64,000 nucleotides of DNA. It comes from Candidatus Obscuribacteraceae bacterium. Lineage in GTDB: Bacteria > Cyanobacteriota > Vampirovibrionia > Obscuribacterales > Obscuribacteraceae. Of this stretch, positions 1 to 10,872 are shown one piece after another. The position numbers were made by a program, and so were the translations under genes. Location of the stretch: positions 1 to 64,000 of the forward strand of contig JBGAHS010000001.1 in the NCBI GenBank assembly GCA_044226015.1. Reading direction: 5' to 3'. The notes below the pieces were generated by a model. The model was not told the DNA's origin and did not search any database. It worked only from the letters and a program-made list of their open reading frames with translations. The stretch's first letter is position 1. Each line of letters opens with the position of its first letter.

Positions 1-420
1 GGATGCAAGCACGAACATGAGCACAAGCACGAAGAGCATGTGCATGGACCGGGATGCAATCATGAGCACGAACATAAGCACGAAGACCATGTGCATGGAC
101 CCGGATGCAAGCACGAACATGAGCATGAGCACAAGCACGAAGAGCATGTGCACGGACCGGGATGCAATCATGAGCACGAACATGAACACAAGCACGAAGA
201 GCATGTGCACGGACCGGGATGCAAGCACGAACACGAGCATAAGCACGAAGAGCATGTGCATGGACCAGGATGCAAGCACGAACATGAGCACAAGCACGAA
301 GAGCATGTGCATGGACCGGGATGCAATCATGAGCATGAACATAAGCACGGAGGCTCATGTAACCATGACCACGGGCACGAACATGGACCCGGGTGCAGTC
401 ACGATCACGGACATGATCAC
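1..420 (+). repeat. Coding tandem repeat [10 protein letters not shown](K/N)HEHE(HE)HK, 48-54 bp unit
   Basis: Six full HVHGPGC units, one partial unit at the window edge and two degenerate units. Confidence 0.95.
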
Positions 421-2835
421 GGCAAGAAGAAAGAACTGCGCGTAACAAATCGCTCTGCTGAGAATGGTGGCACCGCATGTCAGTTAGAACTCGATGCTGT
501 GTTGCCAGGTGAAAATGATGAATTTGGAAGATTCGAAAAGCTAGAACAAGTCATTGAATCGAAGACCGGCGTGATTGATGTTCACGTCAGACGAGATGGC
601 TCCTACACGGAACTCTGTGTCCACTACAACCCAGTTGAAGTGACTGTGACCCAGCTTCTAACGTTAGTGCGTTCCGTAGGGAAGGACGTTTCGAAGCGTT
701 ATCGCATGCAAACTTGGTTCTTGCGGGGCATGGAATCTGCTCAGTGTGCGTACCTTGTAGAGTATTCGCTGGAACGAATTGGTGGCATTTTGACAGTTAA
801 CGTGGCATATGCTGCAGAGCGCGTAGTCGTCGAATATGACAGCGAGGTTGTTAATCTTAAACAGATCGAAAACAGAGTCAAGGCGCTTGGATATGAGCTT
901 GAAGAGCTTGATCCCGGACATGGCTCGTGCTGCCATCATGACCACGGTGGTCTTGGAGCCAAGCTCGAAATGCCACTAGTTATAGCCGCTGGTGTGCTGA
1001 TTGCAGGTGGTGTCGCAATGGATCTTTCCATGGCCAATGTGCCATTGGGCGATCCATTGAAATTGGTTCCCCAGATTGCTTACGGCATTGCGATGGTCTG
1101 TGGAGGATTCTTTGCGTGTAAAGGTGCATTCAAATCTTTGCGGCAAGGAGTATGTGATATTGAAACCCTGATGCTTCTTGCTGGTATTGGCGCAGCTTTT
1201 CTAGGTGCGATTTTTGAAGGGGCCTTCCTGCTCTTCCTGTTTAGTCTGGGTCATGCGCTGGAGCATCGCGCCATGGAGAAAGCCCGCCATGCAATAGATT
1301 CGTTGGGAGCACTGCGACCACAGAATGCACGTGTGCGTCGTGAGGGATCCATTCTGGAAGTTCCGGTCGCCGAGGTCTTGCGCAACGAAATTGTTCTCAT
1401 TCGTCCTGGCGACCGTGTGCCATTGGATGGAAAAATTGTTTCTGGGCAAACCTCTCTCGATGAAGCCACCATTACTGGTGAATCCGTGCCAGTTGCGAAG
1501 AAAGCCGGCGATGCAGTTTATGCTAGTACTGTGAATATCGATGGCGCTATTGAGGTTGAAGTAACCAAACTTTCAAACGAGTCAGTGCTAGCACGAATCA
1601 TAGATATGGTTGCTGAGTCTGAGGCGCATAAGAGCCCGACGCAACGACTGGCAAAGAGAATCGAGAAAATTTTGGTGCCTTCTGTGCTCATCGGGGCGCC
1701 AATTTTGGTATGTGCCCTTGTTTTGTTGGGAACGCCGATCAAAGATGCCGTTTTGCGTGGGGTGTCTCTTCTCGTAGCCGCTTCTCCCTGCGCACTCGCA
1801 ATCGCGACACCAGCTGCGGTGCTCTCTGCCGCAGGACGGGCCGCCCGTGGAGGCGTTCTTATCAAAGGCGGTGCGTATCTCGAAATTCTCGGAAACGTCT
1901 CGTCTATCGCTTTCGACAAAACCGGCACTCTCACCCAAGGGTTGCCCGAAGTTAAGTCAGTATTACCTTCTGAATCATCCAACTTGAAGGAGTTGTTGAG
2001 CATAGCTGCTTGCGCTGAATCTGCATCGTCGCATCCTCTTGCCTCGTCTGTAGTGCGGCATGCGAAGGAGCAAGGACTACAAATCGAACATTGCGAGTCG
2101 TCTCAAATTGTTCATGGCAAAGGAATCATTTCCACAGTTAAAGGGCAGTCTGTAAAAGCTGGAAACATGGAACTGTTTCAGGCAGATCTAGTTCCAGAAA
2201 AAATTGTTAGTGCAGCCTCTGATTTGGAAAAGCAAGGACAAACAACGGTAATAGTAAAGGCGGGCGAGCGCTTTCTCGGTGTGATTGGTATAGCTGATCG
2301 CATCAGACCAGAGTCCAACGAAGTCCTTAACAAGCTCAAGCAGATTGGTATCAAGCGTAATATCATGCTATCTGGCGATAATCAAAGAGTTGCAGATAGC
2401 ATTGGGAAAGAAGCCGGAGTTGACGAGGCTCGAGGGCAACTCTTGCCGGAAGAAAAAGTAAAAGAGTTGCGCACCCTCTCTCATGAGGATGGTGGCGTAG
2501 CGATGGTCGGTGATGGTGTCAATGATGCACCCGCTCTGGCTGCTGCTTCCGTTGGCATCGCCATGGGTGGCACAGGTTCTGATGTAGCATTAGAAACCGC
2601 TGACCTTGTGCTTATGAGCGATGGATTGAGTCGCTTGCCGTTTGCTGTAAAACTGTCTCGGTCTGCATCTTTGATCATCAAGCAGAACATGTTTATCGCT
2701 GTTGGCGTAAGCGTAGTCCTGATTATCGCAACTGTAATGGGATGGGTTCAGATCGCACATGCCGTTGTTTTGCATGAGGGAAGCACTCTGGTGGTTCTAC
2801 TTAACGGCTTGCGCTTGCTTCGCTTTGAAGAGTAA
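1..2835 (+). CDS. Heavy-metal P1B-type ATPase (P1B-4-like; Zn/Co/Cd) with a His-rich N-terminal repeat region; 5' end lies upstream of the window
   Basis: Motifs TGES, SPC ([11 protein letters not shown]), [17 protein letters not shown] and HEGST. Frame +1 is open from base 1 ([14 protein letters not shown]), so the listed start at 40 is internal. Confidence 0.93.
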   Translation, partial: GCKHEHEHKHEEHVHGPGCNHEHEHKHEDHVHGPGCKHEHEHEHKHEEHVHGPGCNHEHEHEHKHEEHVHGPGCKHEHEHKHEEHVHGPGCKHEHEHKHEEHVHGPGCNHEHEHKHGGSCNHDHGHEHGPGCSHDHGHDHGKKKELRVTNRSAENGGTACQLELDAVLPGENDEFGRFEKLEQVIESKTGVIDVHVRRDGSYTELCVHYNPVEVTVTQLLTLVRSVGKDVSKRYRMQTWFLRGMESAQCAYLVEYSLERIGGILTVNVAYAAERVVVEYDSEVVNLKQIENRVKALGYELEELDPGHGSCCHHDHGGLGAKLEMPLVIAAGVLIAGGVAMDLSMANVPLGDPLKLVPQIAYGIAMVCGGFFACKGAFKSLRQGVCDIETLMLLAGIGAAFLGAIFEGAFLLFLFSLGHALEHRAMEKARHAIDSLGALRPQNARVRREGSILEVPVAEVLRNEIVLIRPGDRVPLDGKIVSGQTSLDEATITGESVPVAKKAGDAVYASTVNIDGAIEVEVTKLSNESVLARIIDMVAESEAHKSPTQRLAKRIEKILVPSVLIGAPILVCALVLLGTPIKDAVLRGVSLLVAASPCALAIATPAAVLSAAGRAARGGVLIKGGAYLEILGNVSSIAFDKTGTLTQGLPEVKSVLPSESSNLKELLSIAACAESASSHPLASSVVRHAKEQGLQIEHCESSQIVHGKGIISTVKGQSVKAGNMELFQADLVPEKIVSAASDLEKQGQTTVIVKAGERFLGVIGIADRIRPESNEVLNKLKQIGIKRNIMLSGDNQRVADSIGKEAGVDEARGQLLPEEKVKELRTLSHEDGGVAMVGDGVNDAPALAAASVGIAMGGTGSDVALETADLVLMSDGLSRLPFAVKLSRSASLIIKQNMFIAVGVSVVLIIATVMGWVQIAHAVVLHEGSTLVVLLNGLRLLRFEE

Positions 2836-3035
2836 GCTAGAGCATAAAGAATGAAAGACAGGTTTAAAAGCTGTTATAGGTTCCGCCCGAAATTGTTTGG
2901 ACTAACCCGAAATCCGATGCCGGAGGCTGCGCCCGACACGCTTAGCTGTTCAAAGACCTACATAGCAATCGGCAATGGAAATTAGCGTGTGAACTGCTAG
3001 CAAGTTACAAAAATCCGAGCGCCTCTGGGTCGACG

Positions 3036-3725
3036 TTAATGTACTTGAGGAGGCTCTGGCGTAGCCAATTCAGGGTTGGTATCTGGCTTCTGCGCGTCTT
3101 CTACTTTCAAAACACGACTGAGGTACATTCGGGCGGTGGGCCAAATGTATGGTGAACGTCCAGTCAATTCTTGCAGATGTTTTGCTGCCAGGCTAATGAT
3201 TTCAGGCTGTTCTGATTGCTTGTATAGAAAATACCACTGTTTAACGCAGCGATTGAACAAATAGGGGTCGCCTGTTGCCTGTCCTTTGTATTTCCGCTCT
3301 AGAGCGTCGGCGTAAAGTTGCCGCGCCTCCATATCTTCTGGTGTTTTCTCAATTACGGCTTCTGTCAGTTTGATAGCAAGCTCGTAATTTCCTTTTTTCA
3401 AATGCTCGGTCGCGTGAGAGCGCATGCTCACTGGGCTGTAAACATCAAGCGTGCCATAAGCGTTCTCTTCACCGTGTTCGCTGGGCTCGTCACTCGGAAT
3501 CGTGTTCAGCGCTCTTCGGGGACGCGCGGGCTCCTTGATAGACTTGAGCCAGTCGTGCGGGTCTCCGGTCGGCTGCGCGGCGAAGGCACTATCGGCAGCT
3601 GTAACGGGTTCGTTCCCAGATATTCTGCTTGGCTCTGCCTCCGTTTCATCTGCATAACAAGTCGGCACTGTTAGAGCCAGTGCGCTGAGGACTAGTGTGA
3701 GTTGTTTCTTCATCTCTGAAAGCAT
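3036..3725 (-). CDS. Secreted hypothetical protein with a TPR-like helical segment
   Basis: N-terminal signal-like stretch; HLKKGNYELAIKLTEAVIEKTPED resembles a TPR. Confidence 0.65.
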   Translation of the reverse strand: MLSEMKKQLTLVLSALALTVPTCYADETEAEPSRISGNEPVTAADSAFAAQPTGDPHDWLKSIKEPARPRRALNTIPSDEPSEHGEENAYGTLDVYSPVSMRSHATEHLKKGNYELAIKLTEAVIEKTPEDMEARQLYADALERKYKGQATGDPYLFNRCVKQWYFLYKQSEQPEIISLAAKHLQELTGRSPYIWPTARMYLSRVLKVEDAQKPDTNPELATPEPPQVH

Positions 3726-3900
3726 GGTGAAAGATCCGCGAGCCGACTATGCGGCTTCATTTTCGGTTATTGACATCGTTGCGTGATGAGAGGAAATCAA
3801 GGTTCGCTTGAAAATCGTTAGCTGTCACGGAGGAATTGAGAAAAAAGAGTTAATGCGGCGACGAACTCTCGTGGCGACGAACTTCCTGAAAAAGATGGCA

Positions 3901-5055
3901 TCACTTTGGTTTTGAGTATGTGATTCGATAAATTGCACCGGCGTAGTCGTCAGAAATCAGCATTGAGCCATCTGGCATGACGAGAGAGTCGACTGGACGT
4001 CCCCAGGCGCCGGTTGCTTGCAGCCAGCCTCCGCAAAAGACCTCGTATTTAGTTGGTTTGTTGTTTTCAAATCGAATAAGTGAGACGCGGTAGCCATTTG
4101 GAACAGTGCGATTCCATGAACCGTGTTCGCAAATGAATGCGCAATTTTTGTATTCGGCTGGAAACATACTGCCTGTGTAGAAGTGAATTCCAAGATTGGC
4201 TATGTGTGCAGGCAGCTTCCATTGTGGTGGAGTGAATTCTGAGCAAGAGCGCTTCTTTCCAAACTCGGGGTCAGCTATGGTTCCACCGTGGCAGTAGGGA
4301 AATCCAAAATGCATGTCTTTATGAGGAGCGCAATTCAACTCTTCTGGTGGCAGATCATCGCCAAGCATGTCTCTTCCATTGTCGGTGAACCACAGCTCTT
4401 TTGTCACTGGGTGCCAGTCGAAACCAACTGTATTCCGAATTCCTTTTGCAAAGATTTCAAAGCCAGTTCCGTCTGCTTTCATTCTGCATATGGTGGCAAA
4501 GCGCGGGTCTTTTTCTTCGCACACATTGCATGGTGCACCTATAGGAACATAGAGCATTCCGTCTGGGCCAAACCGAATGTACTTTTGACCGTGGTGCAAT
4601 TTTGTCGGCAACGTGTTGTTGACTATAACGGGCTTGGGCAGCGAGTTTAAGTGAGAGTCAATTTTATCGAACCGGAGTATGCGGTTGATTTCACCAACAT
4701 AAAGTGAACCATCTCTATATTCGACACCATTTGGTTGGTTCATGTTGCTGGCTAATGTGATGACTGTGTCTCCCTTCTTGTCACGGTCTGCATCGGGAAT
4801 TGCGTACAGCTTTCCAGGCTCTCTTGAACCTACGTAGAGAATTCCGCGTGGGCTCAGTGTCATAGAGCGAGCACCTGGAATGTCTCGAGCGTAGATGTCG
4901 ATTTTAAAACCAGGAGGCAGGCGCAGCTTCTGAAGCGGCAATGGCTCATCGTCTTGCGCCCACCCACTTTTGCAACACCAAAGAAATACACTTGAAAGTA
5001 ATGCCACCATAAACAGTGGCGCCCATATGGGCTTGAAAATATTTCTTTGGGTCAC
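3901..5055 (-). CDS. PQQ-dependent sugar/sorbosone dehydrogenase family beta-propeller protein
   Basis: Signal peptide; LRLPPGFKIDIYA, GIRNTVGFDWHP, EHGSWNR, WGRPVD and DGSMLISDD. Confidence 0.9.
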   Translation of the reverse strand: MTQRNIFKPIWAPLFMVALLSSVFLWCCKSGWAQDDEPLPLQKLRLPPGFKIDIYARDIPGARSMTLSPRGILYVGSREPGKLYAIPDADRDKKGDTVITLASNMNQPNGVEYRDGSLYVGEINRILRFDKIDSHLNSLPKPVIVNNTLPTKLHHGQKYIRFGPDGMLYVPIGAPCNVCEEKDPRFATICRMKADGTGFEIFAKGIRNTVGFDWHPVTKELWFTDNGRDMLGDDLPPEELNCAPHKDMHFGFPYCHGGTIADPEFGKKRSCSEFTPPQWKLPAHIANLGIHFYTGSMFPAEYKNCAFICEHGSWNRTVPNGYRVSLIRFENNKPTKYEVFCGGWLQATGAWGRPVDSLVMPDGSMLISDDYAGAIYRITYSKPK

Positions 5056-5077
5056 CGGTTGCTTCCTTTCGTGTGAA

Positions 5078-6187
5078 TCACCTGGCTGCGGCTAAAGGAC
5101 CTTCGTAGACTTCCTTCTCTGATTTTGGCTGCAGTTCCATCGGAGCATAACTTTCTCCATTGATGGTCGTTCCGCCGGAACGGAAAGAGCCAGAGCGCTG
5201 CAGAAAATCATGTGGAAAGTTGAGTTTTACATGAGAGAGTTCGTCAAGTCTCTCTATTTGCTCGCGCGTTAGACGGAGATCTAGTGCCGCGACGTTGTCT
5301 TCGAGTTGCTCAAGTGTTCTGGCGCCAATGATTGAAGATGTCACTCCTGGGCGTGCTTGTAACCATGCAAGCGCTATTCGGGCTGGCGTGGTGTTAAGTT
5401 CTTTCGAAGTTCTGATCAACTCATCTATGATGGCATAGGCTTTGTCAGTCAGGTGTTCTTTTACCCAATCGCCTCTACCGGGGTCATGCTTACCATGCTG
5501 GTCGCGAGTGAACTTCCCGCTGAGCACACCATATTTGAGGGGTGACCAGGGGGTGATGCCGAGCCCCATTTCTTTTGCCATGGGAACTAACTCGCCTTCC
5601 ACTGTTCGTTCAAGCAAAGAGTACTCGATTTGTAGTGCCACCAGTGGTGCCCAGCCGCGGAAATGACTTATCATTTGCGCTTGCGCTGTTTTCCATGCAG
5701 GGGTATCGGAAAAGCCGATGTAGCGAATCTTGCCGTCTCTGACGAGATCATTTAGAGCGCTCATCGTCTCCTCGATGGGGGTAAACTTGTCCCAGCAGTG
5801 CATCCAATAAAGGTCAATGTAGTCTGTTTGCAAGCGCTTGAGTGATTTTTCACAAGCAGCGTAGATGCTCTTGCGGTTGGCACCGCCTGCGTTCGGGTCG
5901 CCAGGGTAGAGGCTTCCGAAAAATTTTGTGGCAACAACCAGTTTGTCTCTGCGTTGTTTTTTTCTTGCGATGTAGTCGCCAATGATTAGCTCAGAATGAC
6001 CTTTTGTGTACAAATTCGCGGTGTCTAAAAAGTTTCCGCCGAGCTCAAGAAATCTGTCTAAAATCGCATGGCTCTCGTCCTCTGTCGAACCCCAGCCCCA
6101 TTCTTTTCCGAATGTCATAGTACCCAAACAAAAGGGGCTGACTCTCAAACCCGAGTTTCCAAGCGTGACATAATGATCCAATGGCAT
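5078..6187 (-). CDS. Aldo/keto reductase
   Basis: LGNSGLRVSPFCLGTMTFG, DTANLY, SLKRLQTDYIDLYWMH and PWSPL. Confidence 0.95.
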   Translation of the reverse strand: MPLDHYVTLGNSGLRVSPFCLGTMTFGKEWGWGSTEDESHAILDRFLELGGNFLDTANLYTKGHSELIIGDYIARKKQRRDKLVVATKFFGSLYPGDPNAGGANRKSIYAACEKSLKRLQTDYIDLYWMHCWDKFTPIEETMSALNDLVRDGKIRYIGFSDTPAWKTAQAQMISHFRGWAPLVALQIEYSLLERTVEGELVPMAKEMGLGITPWSPLKYGVLSGKFTRDQHGKHDPGRGDWVKEHLTDKAYAIIDELIRTSKELNTTPARIALAWLQARPGVTSSIIGARTLEQLEDNVAALDLRLTREQIERLDELSHVKLNFPHDFLQRSGSFRSGGTTINGESYAPMELQPKSEKEVYEGPLAAAR

Positions 6188-6322
6188 AAAAACGTCCTCT
6201 CGATGCGGGGAGGTTTATTTTAGATCCAAGTTCGGTCGGCTGATCGTCCTGGTTTTTGTTTACTCCATTAAATCGTCAAGATCTCGATTTATCAGTAGAA
6301 ATGAGTAAACTTTGGTGATGAA

Positions 6323-8374
6323 TTGCCGCATTCTCCGGGGAATAATGCAGGTGTGCCATCTGGTGACCTAATGGATACCGAACCCGATTTTGCGCAGAAG
6401 CTGCCCCCGAAATTGACTGCGGGCGCTTTAGTCGATCGAAGGTTTTCTATAATCGAAGAAATTGGCAGTGGCGGAATGTCGGTTGTCTACAAGGCAAAAG
6501 ACCTTACTTTAGATAGACTTGTGGCTCTGAAAGTGTTGCCGGCTGTCAGTGATCCGGCAAAGATGAAACGATTTAAGACAGAGGTTCAAGCATACGCCAT
6601 GCTTGATCATCCGAATATCGTAAGGGTTTTGGCATCTGGAATTGGTGATGATGGAACGCCATTTTTCGTGATGGAACTGCTTTCTGGGCACACGCTAGAG
6701 GAAAAGTTCAATGAAAAAAGGAAATTCACAATGAGTGAATTTGCTGATTTATTCTTGCCGTTGCTCGCAGCATTCAAGGAATGTCATGCCCGAGGCATAG
6801 TGCACCGTGACATAAAGCCCGGCAACATTATGATATGCAGCAGCGATGATGGAACCCAAATTCCAAAGATTCTTGATTTTGGAATCGCCAAATTTATTAC
6901 GCCATCTGCGCAATCTCTTTCGCAAAGTGTTACAGCTGCTGCTCTCGGGAGTCCCCTCTACATGAGCCCTGAGCAGGTCTCTGGCAAGCCTGTTGATGAA
7001 CGCTCTGATATTTATTCACTTGCCTGCGTCATGTATCAGTCTCTTACGACCAAACCTCCATTTGCCGGTGACACACCACTCGAGACCATGTATGAGCATC
7101 TTCGGAAAAGCCTGCCAAAAATTGAAGAGGTCTCAACTTCAATCACCATATCCAAAGAATTAGTAAATTCGCTGATCAAGGCTCTTGCTAAAGATTCAAG
7201 TAAGCGGCAGCGGACAATGGGCGAGTTTGAGTCGGAGATTAAAGCTGCCCTGAGTTCTACCAATCTGAAATCTGGCAAGAGATTTGTGATACCGCAGGCG
7301 GTGTTAGTGCTTGTCTGTATGGCGCCAGCAGTGTTGCTGATGAGTTTCTGGTTGAAGGGAAGAAATCATGAAGAATGGCGTCCAGCAAGGATTTCTCATG
7401 CTGAGTCTGGCTTGTCGCCTAAATCAATGTTTGAGACTGGTCTACTTGAAGAGAAAAGAAAAAACATGCCTGCTGCAATTAGCATGTATGAAAAGGTGTG
7501 GTCTGTAAGTGCTAACTTAGACCCGAAATTCTCTCTAGAAGTTTGCAAGCACCTGGCATTTCTATATGATTCGCAGCAGGATTTTGAGAAAGCCAATCGC
7601 GTCAGATTGAAAGCTATGCAGCGCTTAAATAAGGGCAGCGAGTTATATATTGGACTCGGGAACACAGTAGTTCAAAATTACAACAGCGCTGGCTTCAAAG
7701 AGCAAGCCTCTAGTCTTTTAGCTGATCTGGAAAAGTCCGTAATTCCGGAAGCAAAAAACACCAGGTGTTATGCTGAGTTGATGCAGACAAAGGGGAAAAT
7801 GCTATTGCTGGAGGGAAAGGTTGAAGAAGCCATTTTAGCCTTCAAAGAGTCCGAGCGAGTTGAAGAATTGAACAGCCGTGGCTTTCCAACTGAATTCAGT
7901 GTAACTAACAGCTGGCTACTTCATGACGCGTACAAAGCTTTGAAAAAAAACAAAGAAGCAGATTTGCAGCTTGCAAAAACGAAAAATGTTCTGCTTTTGT
8001 ACAAGCGAGATTTAAATCAGATGGGCACTGGCATTGCAGGGCTAGTTTATAACCAGCGAAGTGTTTCACCCGCGTTCATCGCCTATGTCAGAGATGCCCT
8101 GCGATCGAGAGATTATAAGGATGTCAGACTACTTTTGCAAATGGCGGCGGATCATGCTCGCGCAATTCCGAATGACAAGCGTACGGTTATCTCAGAGCAG
8201 ATATTGGCTTTAGCTGACGCTTACAGCAATCGCTGTGGTTTGTGCCAAATAGAGAGAGCTAAACTGAAACAAGAGCTCATTGCAGAACGCAAGCCCGTAC
8301 TGGCTCCTCGAAAACCAAATAGCCCAAATGTTGAGACAATAACACGTCTTTTGCATCCTACCTCAGAAGAATAG
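6323..8374 (+). CDS. Hanks-type Ser/Thr kinase with one TM helix and a C-terminal TPR-like domain (likely start ATG 6371)
   Basis: GSGGMSVVY, VALK, HRDIKPGN, DFG and YMSPEQ. Confidence 0.92.
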   Translation: MPHSPGNNAGVPSGDLMDTEPDFAQKLPPKLTAGALVDRRFSIIEEIGSGGMSVVYKAKDLTLDRLVALKVLPAVSDPAKMKRFKTEVQAYAMLDHPNIVRVLASGIGDDGTPFFVMELLSGHTLEEKFNEKRKFTMSEFADLFLPLLAAFKECHARGIVHRDIKPGNIMICSSDDGTQIPKILDFGIAKFITPSAQSLSQSVTAAALGSPLYMSPEQVSGKPVDERSDIYSLACVMYQSLTTKPPFAGDTPLETMYEHLRKSLPKIEEVSTSITISKELVNSLIKALAKDSSKRQRTMGEFESEIKAALSSTNLKSGKRFVIPQAVLVLVCMAPAVLLMSFWLKGRNHEEWRPARISHAESGLSPKSMFETGLLEEKRKNMPAAISMYEKVWSVSANLDPKFSLEVCKHLAFLYDSQQDFEKANRVRLKAMQRLNKGSELYIGLGNTVVQNYNSAGFKEQASSLLADLEKSVIPEAKNTRCYAELMQTKGKMLLLEGKVEEAILAFKESERVEELNSRGFPTEFSVTNSWLLHDAYKALKKNKEADLQLAKTKNVLLLYKRDLNQMGTGIAGLVYNQRSVSPAFIAYVRDALRSRDYKDVRLLLQMAADHARAIPNDKRTVISEQILALADAYSNRCGLCQIERAKLKQELIAERKPVLAPRKPNSPNVETITRLLHPTSEE

Positions 8375-8410
8375 TAAAAAACGCATGACGAACTTCGTCA
8401 TGCGTTTTTA
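8375..8410. terminator. Bidirectional intrinsic terminator
   Basis: Inverted repeat aaaaacgcatgacgaa / ttcgtcatgcgttttt between convergent genes. Confidence 0.88.
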
Positions 8411-8429
8411 TCTATCATTTGCCGGACAG

Positions 8430-9020
8430 TTATTGAGTGCGCATCAGTCTGCCGCTGACATTGCGGCTGCTGCTGTAAGAGTCGTCTGATGGAATTAGCG
8501 AACCATTCAGGTAGTTTACGTTGTAAGACTTCGCTGCAACTGTTGCCGCTGCAATTTGATTGTTATGCGGAAGGCGAAGCTTCGCAGAAACATTTGCGTT
8601 GGCGTTGTTGTTTCCAACCACAATCACTCCGGGCTGCACTCTTTTCTTTGCATAAGTCTCGGGCGAGATTTGAATTGGTTTGACATAAATGCTTCCAGTT
8701 GGCTTGAGATCATCAACTCTGTTGTTGTTGATTTTTTTTGCGAATGCGCCTGCTGGAACTTTGTTGTAGCAGCTCTGAGTGTAGGTAGTCATTGCCGACC
8801 AGTTCCATCTTCTAAGATTTGGATCTCCGTCAGTCAATGATTTTTCCCAGCCAGCTGTCGTCACTGCACCGGTTGTATAACGGATTCCTGGGCGCATTCC
8901 AGCTGGTGGCTGGTTGCTCATTTCTGAAACTTCTTGTGCACCTGCAGCCGGATTGAATGCCAGAAGGGCTCCGAATGCTGCTGAGCTCAGGAAGAAAGTT
9001 TTTAGTAAAGTGGACTTCAT
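8430..9020 (-). CDS. Secreted hypothetical protein; apparent paralog of 14140-14727
   Basis: ATG at 9020 (MKSTLLK) with GGAGG upstream; signal peptide ending AGA-Q. Confidence 0.75.
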   Translation of the reverse strand: MKSTLLKTFFLSSAAFGALLAFNPAAGAQEVSEMSNQPPAGMRPGIRYTTGAVTTAGWEKSLTDGDPNLRRWNWSAMTTYTQSCYNKVPAGAFAKKINNNRVDDLKPTGSIYVKPIQISPETYAKKRVQPGVIVVGNNNANANVSAKLRLPHNNQIAAATVAAKSYNVNYLNGSLIPSDDSYSSSRNVSGRLMRTQ

Positions 9021-9072
9021 TTTTAGTTTGGCTCCTCCGTCCCACATCGGCTAGCTCAAACAACCTGATCAG

Positions 9073-9104
9073 AGAATAGGAGCTTCCCGTGACAATTTCG
9101 TGGC
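9073..9104 (-). promoter_or_regulatory. Putative activator-dependent promoter GCCAC-N6-GTCAC-N10-TATTCT; predicted TSS about 9066
   Basis: Same tandem-box/-10 geometry as the promoters at 52-56 kb. Confidence 0.6.
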
Positions 9105-9253
9105 ATTACGTATTGACATTATTAAATTCTGTCTAGGTAAGCTTTCTGAGCGAAAGTTAAGCCACAAATCGTACTGGTAATGGGGAGTTCCCGCATTCCT
9201 ATAATCTTACCAAAACGGCACAATTGCAATAATCATTTTCGCGTACACCGTAT

Positions 9254-10726
9254 ATGAACGAACTGGCAGAAAGTACTGTGTATAAGAGTTCTGACGTGAA
9301 GCCCTCAGGTTTTTACGAGGCATCGCGTCAACTTTTTTCAAAAGAAGCATACTCAGAATCGTGTACTCAGTCTTCCCTACGCAAATGTGAAAATATTGGG
9401 GCAGGCATTAAAAAGGCTGCCGACGAGCTGCTTCTGCAGAATATCGAATACGCGCATTTCAAGTATTTTGTTGATCAAAGTGATCCTAATACTGGTCTGA
9501 TAAAAGACCGCTCAACTCCAGATGCAAAATGCAGCATTGCTGCTGTAGGTTTTGCTCTAACCTCTTACCCTATTGCTGTGGAACGAGGATGGGTGAGCAA
9601 AGACGATGCTGCAAAATATACGTTGAAAGTTTTGCATACTTTATCAGATACACCACAAGGAACCGATGCGCAAGGAACCTCTGGCTACAAGGGGTTCTTC
9701 TATCATTTCCTTGACATGAAGACGGGAGAGAGAGCTTGGAATTGTGAGCTGTCTACCATTGATACCGCACTGTTGATGGCGGGAGTATTGTGTTCAAAGA
9801 ATTACTTTGACGGCAATACTGAGCAAGAAAAAGAAATCCGTGAACTTGCCGATAAGCTATATAAACGAGTGGATTGGGCTTGGGCTGCCAATGCTGACGA
9901 TCGTGTGAGTCTCGGCTGGAATCCAGAATCGGGGTTTTTGCCCTATCACTGGGGCGGCTACAACGAAGCCATGATATTGCTGCTTTTAGGCATGGGCTCC
10001 CCGACGCATCCATTAAAGCCAGAGTCCTGGAAAAAATATACAGAATCTGATCAGGTCTACAATTACAAAGGCAGGGACTATATAGATTTCAAGCCGCTCT
10101 TTGGGCACGAATATAGTCATTCCTGGGTTGATTTCCGTGGAATAAAAGACGACAAAAATCGTAATTTGGGATGGGACTATTTTGAAAATTCGCGGCGTGC
10201 AACGCTTGCGCAATATCACTATGGAATTGATAATCCGCAGGGGTTCAAGGGGTACAGCAAGCTCGATTGGGGTTGGACTGCCTGTGATGGACCCGGAGGT
10301 TCGTTCAATAAAGTAGCCGATGGAGTGCCGCGTTCATTTCATACCTACATAGCCAGGGGCGCCCCAGCTGGAATAGATGACGGTACGATTGCTCCTACAG
10401 CAGCTGCAGCAGCAATTGCATTTGCACCAGATGTGGTATTGCCTACTTTGTATCATTGGCGTTTGAAGCGGCCAGAGATTTGGACGCCTAATGGCTTTAG
10501 CGACGCATTCAACCCAACTGCAGAGCCGGGCAAGCCATCAGGCTGGGTGGATGCTGAAACGCTTGGAATTGACCAGGGGCCCATTGTTTTGATGACCGAA
10601 AACTATCGCTCAGGAATGGTTTGGGACTTAATGAAGAAAGACGTTTATTTGAGGGCTGGTCTCAAGCAAGCGGGCTTCACTGGCGGTTGGCTCGACAAAT
10701 TGAATGGCGCGTCCTCGAAGCCCTGA
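9254..10726 (+). CDS. Glucoamylase-family / GH144-like glycoside hydrolase
   Basis: SIAAVGFAL, GFFYHF, STIDTALL, GYNEAM, PLFGHEYSH and GIDQGP. Confidence 0.85.
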   Translation: MNELAESTVYKSSDVKPSGFYEASRQLFSKEAYSESCTQSSLRKCENIGAGIKKAADELLLQNIEYAHFKYFVDQSDPNTGLIKDRSTPDAKCSIAAVGFALTSYPIAVERGWVSKDDAAKYTLKVLHTLSDTPQGTDAQGTSGYKGFFYHFLDMKTGERAWNCELSTIDTALLMAGVLCSKNYFDGNTEQEKEIRELADKLYKRVDWAWAANADDRVSLGWNPESGFLPYHWGGYNEAMILLLLGMGSPTHPLKPESWKKYTESDQVYNYKGRDYIDFKPLFGHEYSHSWVDFRGIKDDKNRNLGWDYFENSRRATLAQYHYGIDNPQGFKGYSKLDWGWTACDGPGGSFNKVADGVPRSFHTYIARGAPAGIDDGTIAPTAAAAAIAFAPDVVLPTLYHWRLKRPEIWTPNGFSDAFNPTAEPGKPSGWVDAETLGIDQGPIVLMTENYRSGMVWDLMKKDVYLRAGLKQAGFTGGWLDKLNGASSKP

Positions 10727-10872
10727 GCTGCAAGCGTATAACAGAAACTAGATGCTTCGGCTTTACTGATCCTTTACAAAAAGCGCGTTCTTAACGCAGG
10801 TGCGTAAATGACAAGTCGTCTGAAGAGCAAAAAAGTAAATGAGAGATAGGCCGTTTGAGCGATAAATTATTG

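Noticed and set aside
17..445. 142-aa Met/Ser/Thr-rich ORF
   Set aside because: Off-frame reading of the His-repeat region of the ATPase.
8376..8410. Terminator base AAAAACGCA...TGCGTTTTT identical to that of the type A sRNA hairpins
   Set aside because: No seed or promoter is adjacent; it is adequately explained as an ordinary bidirectional terminator.
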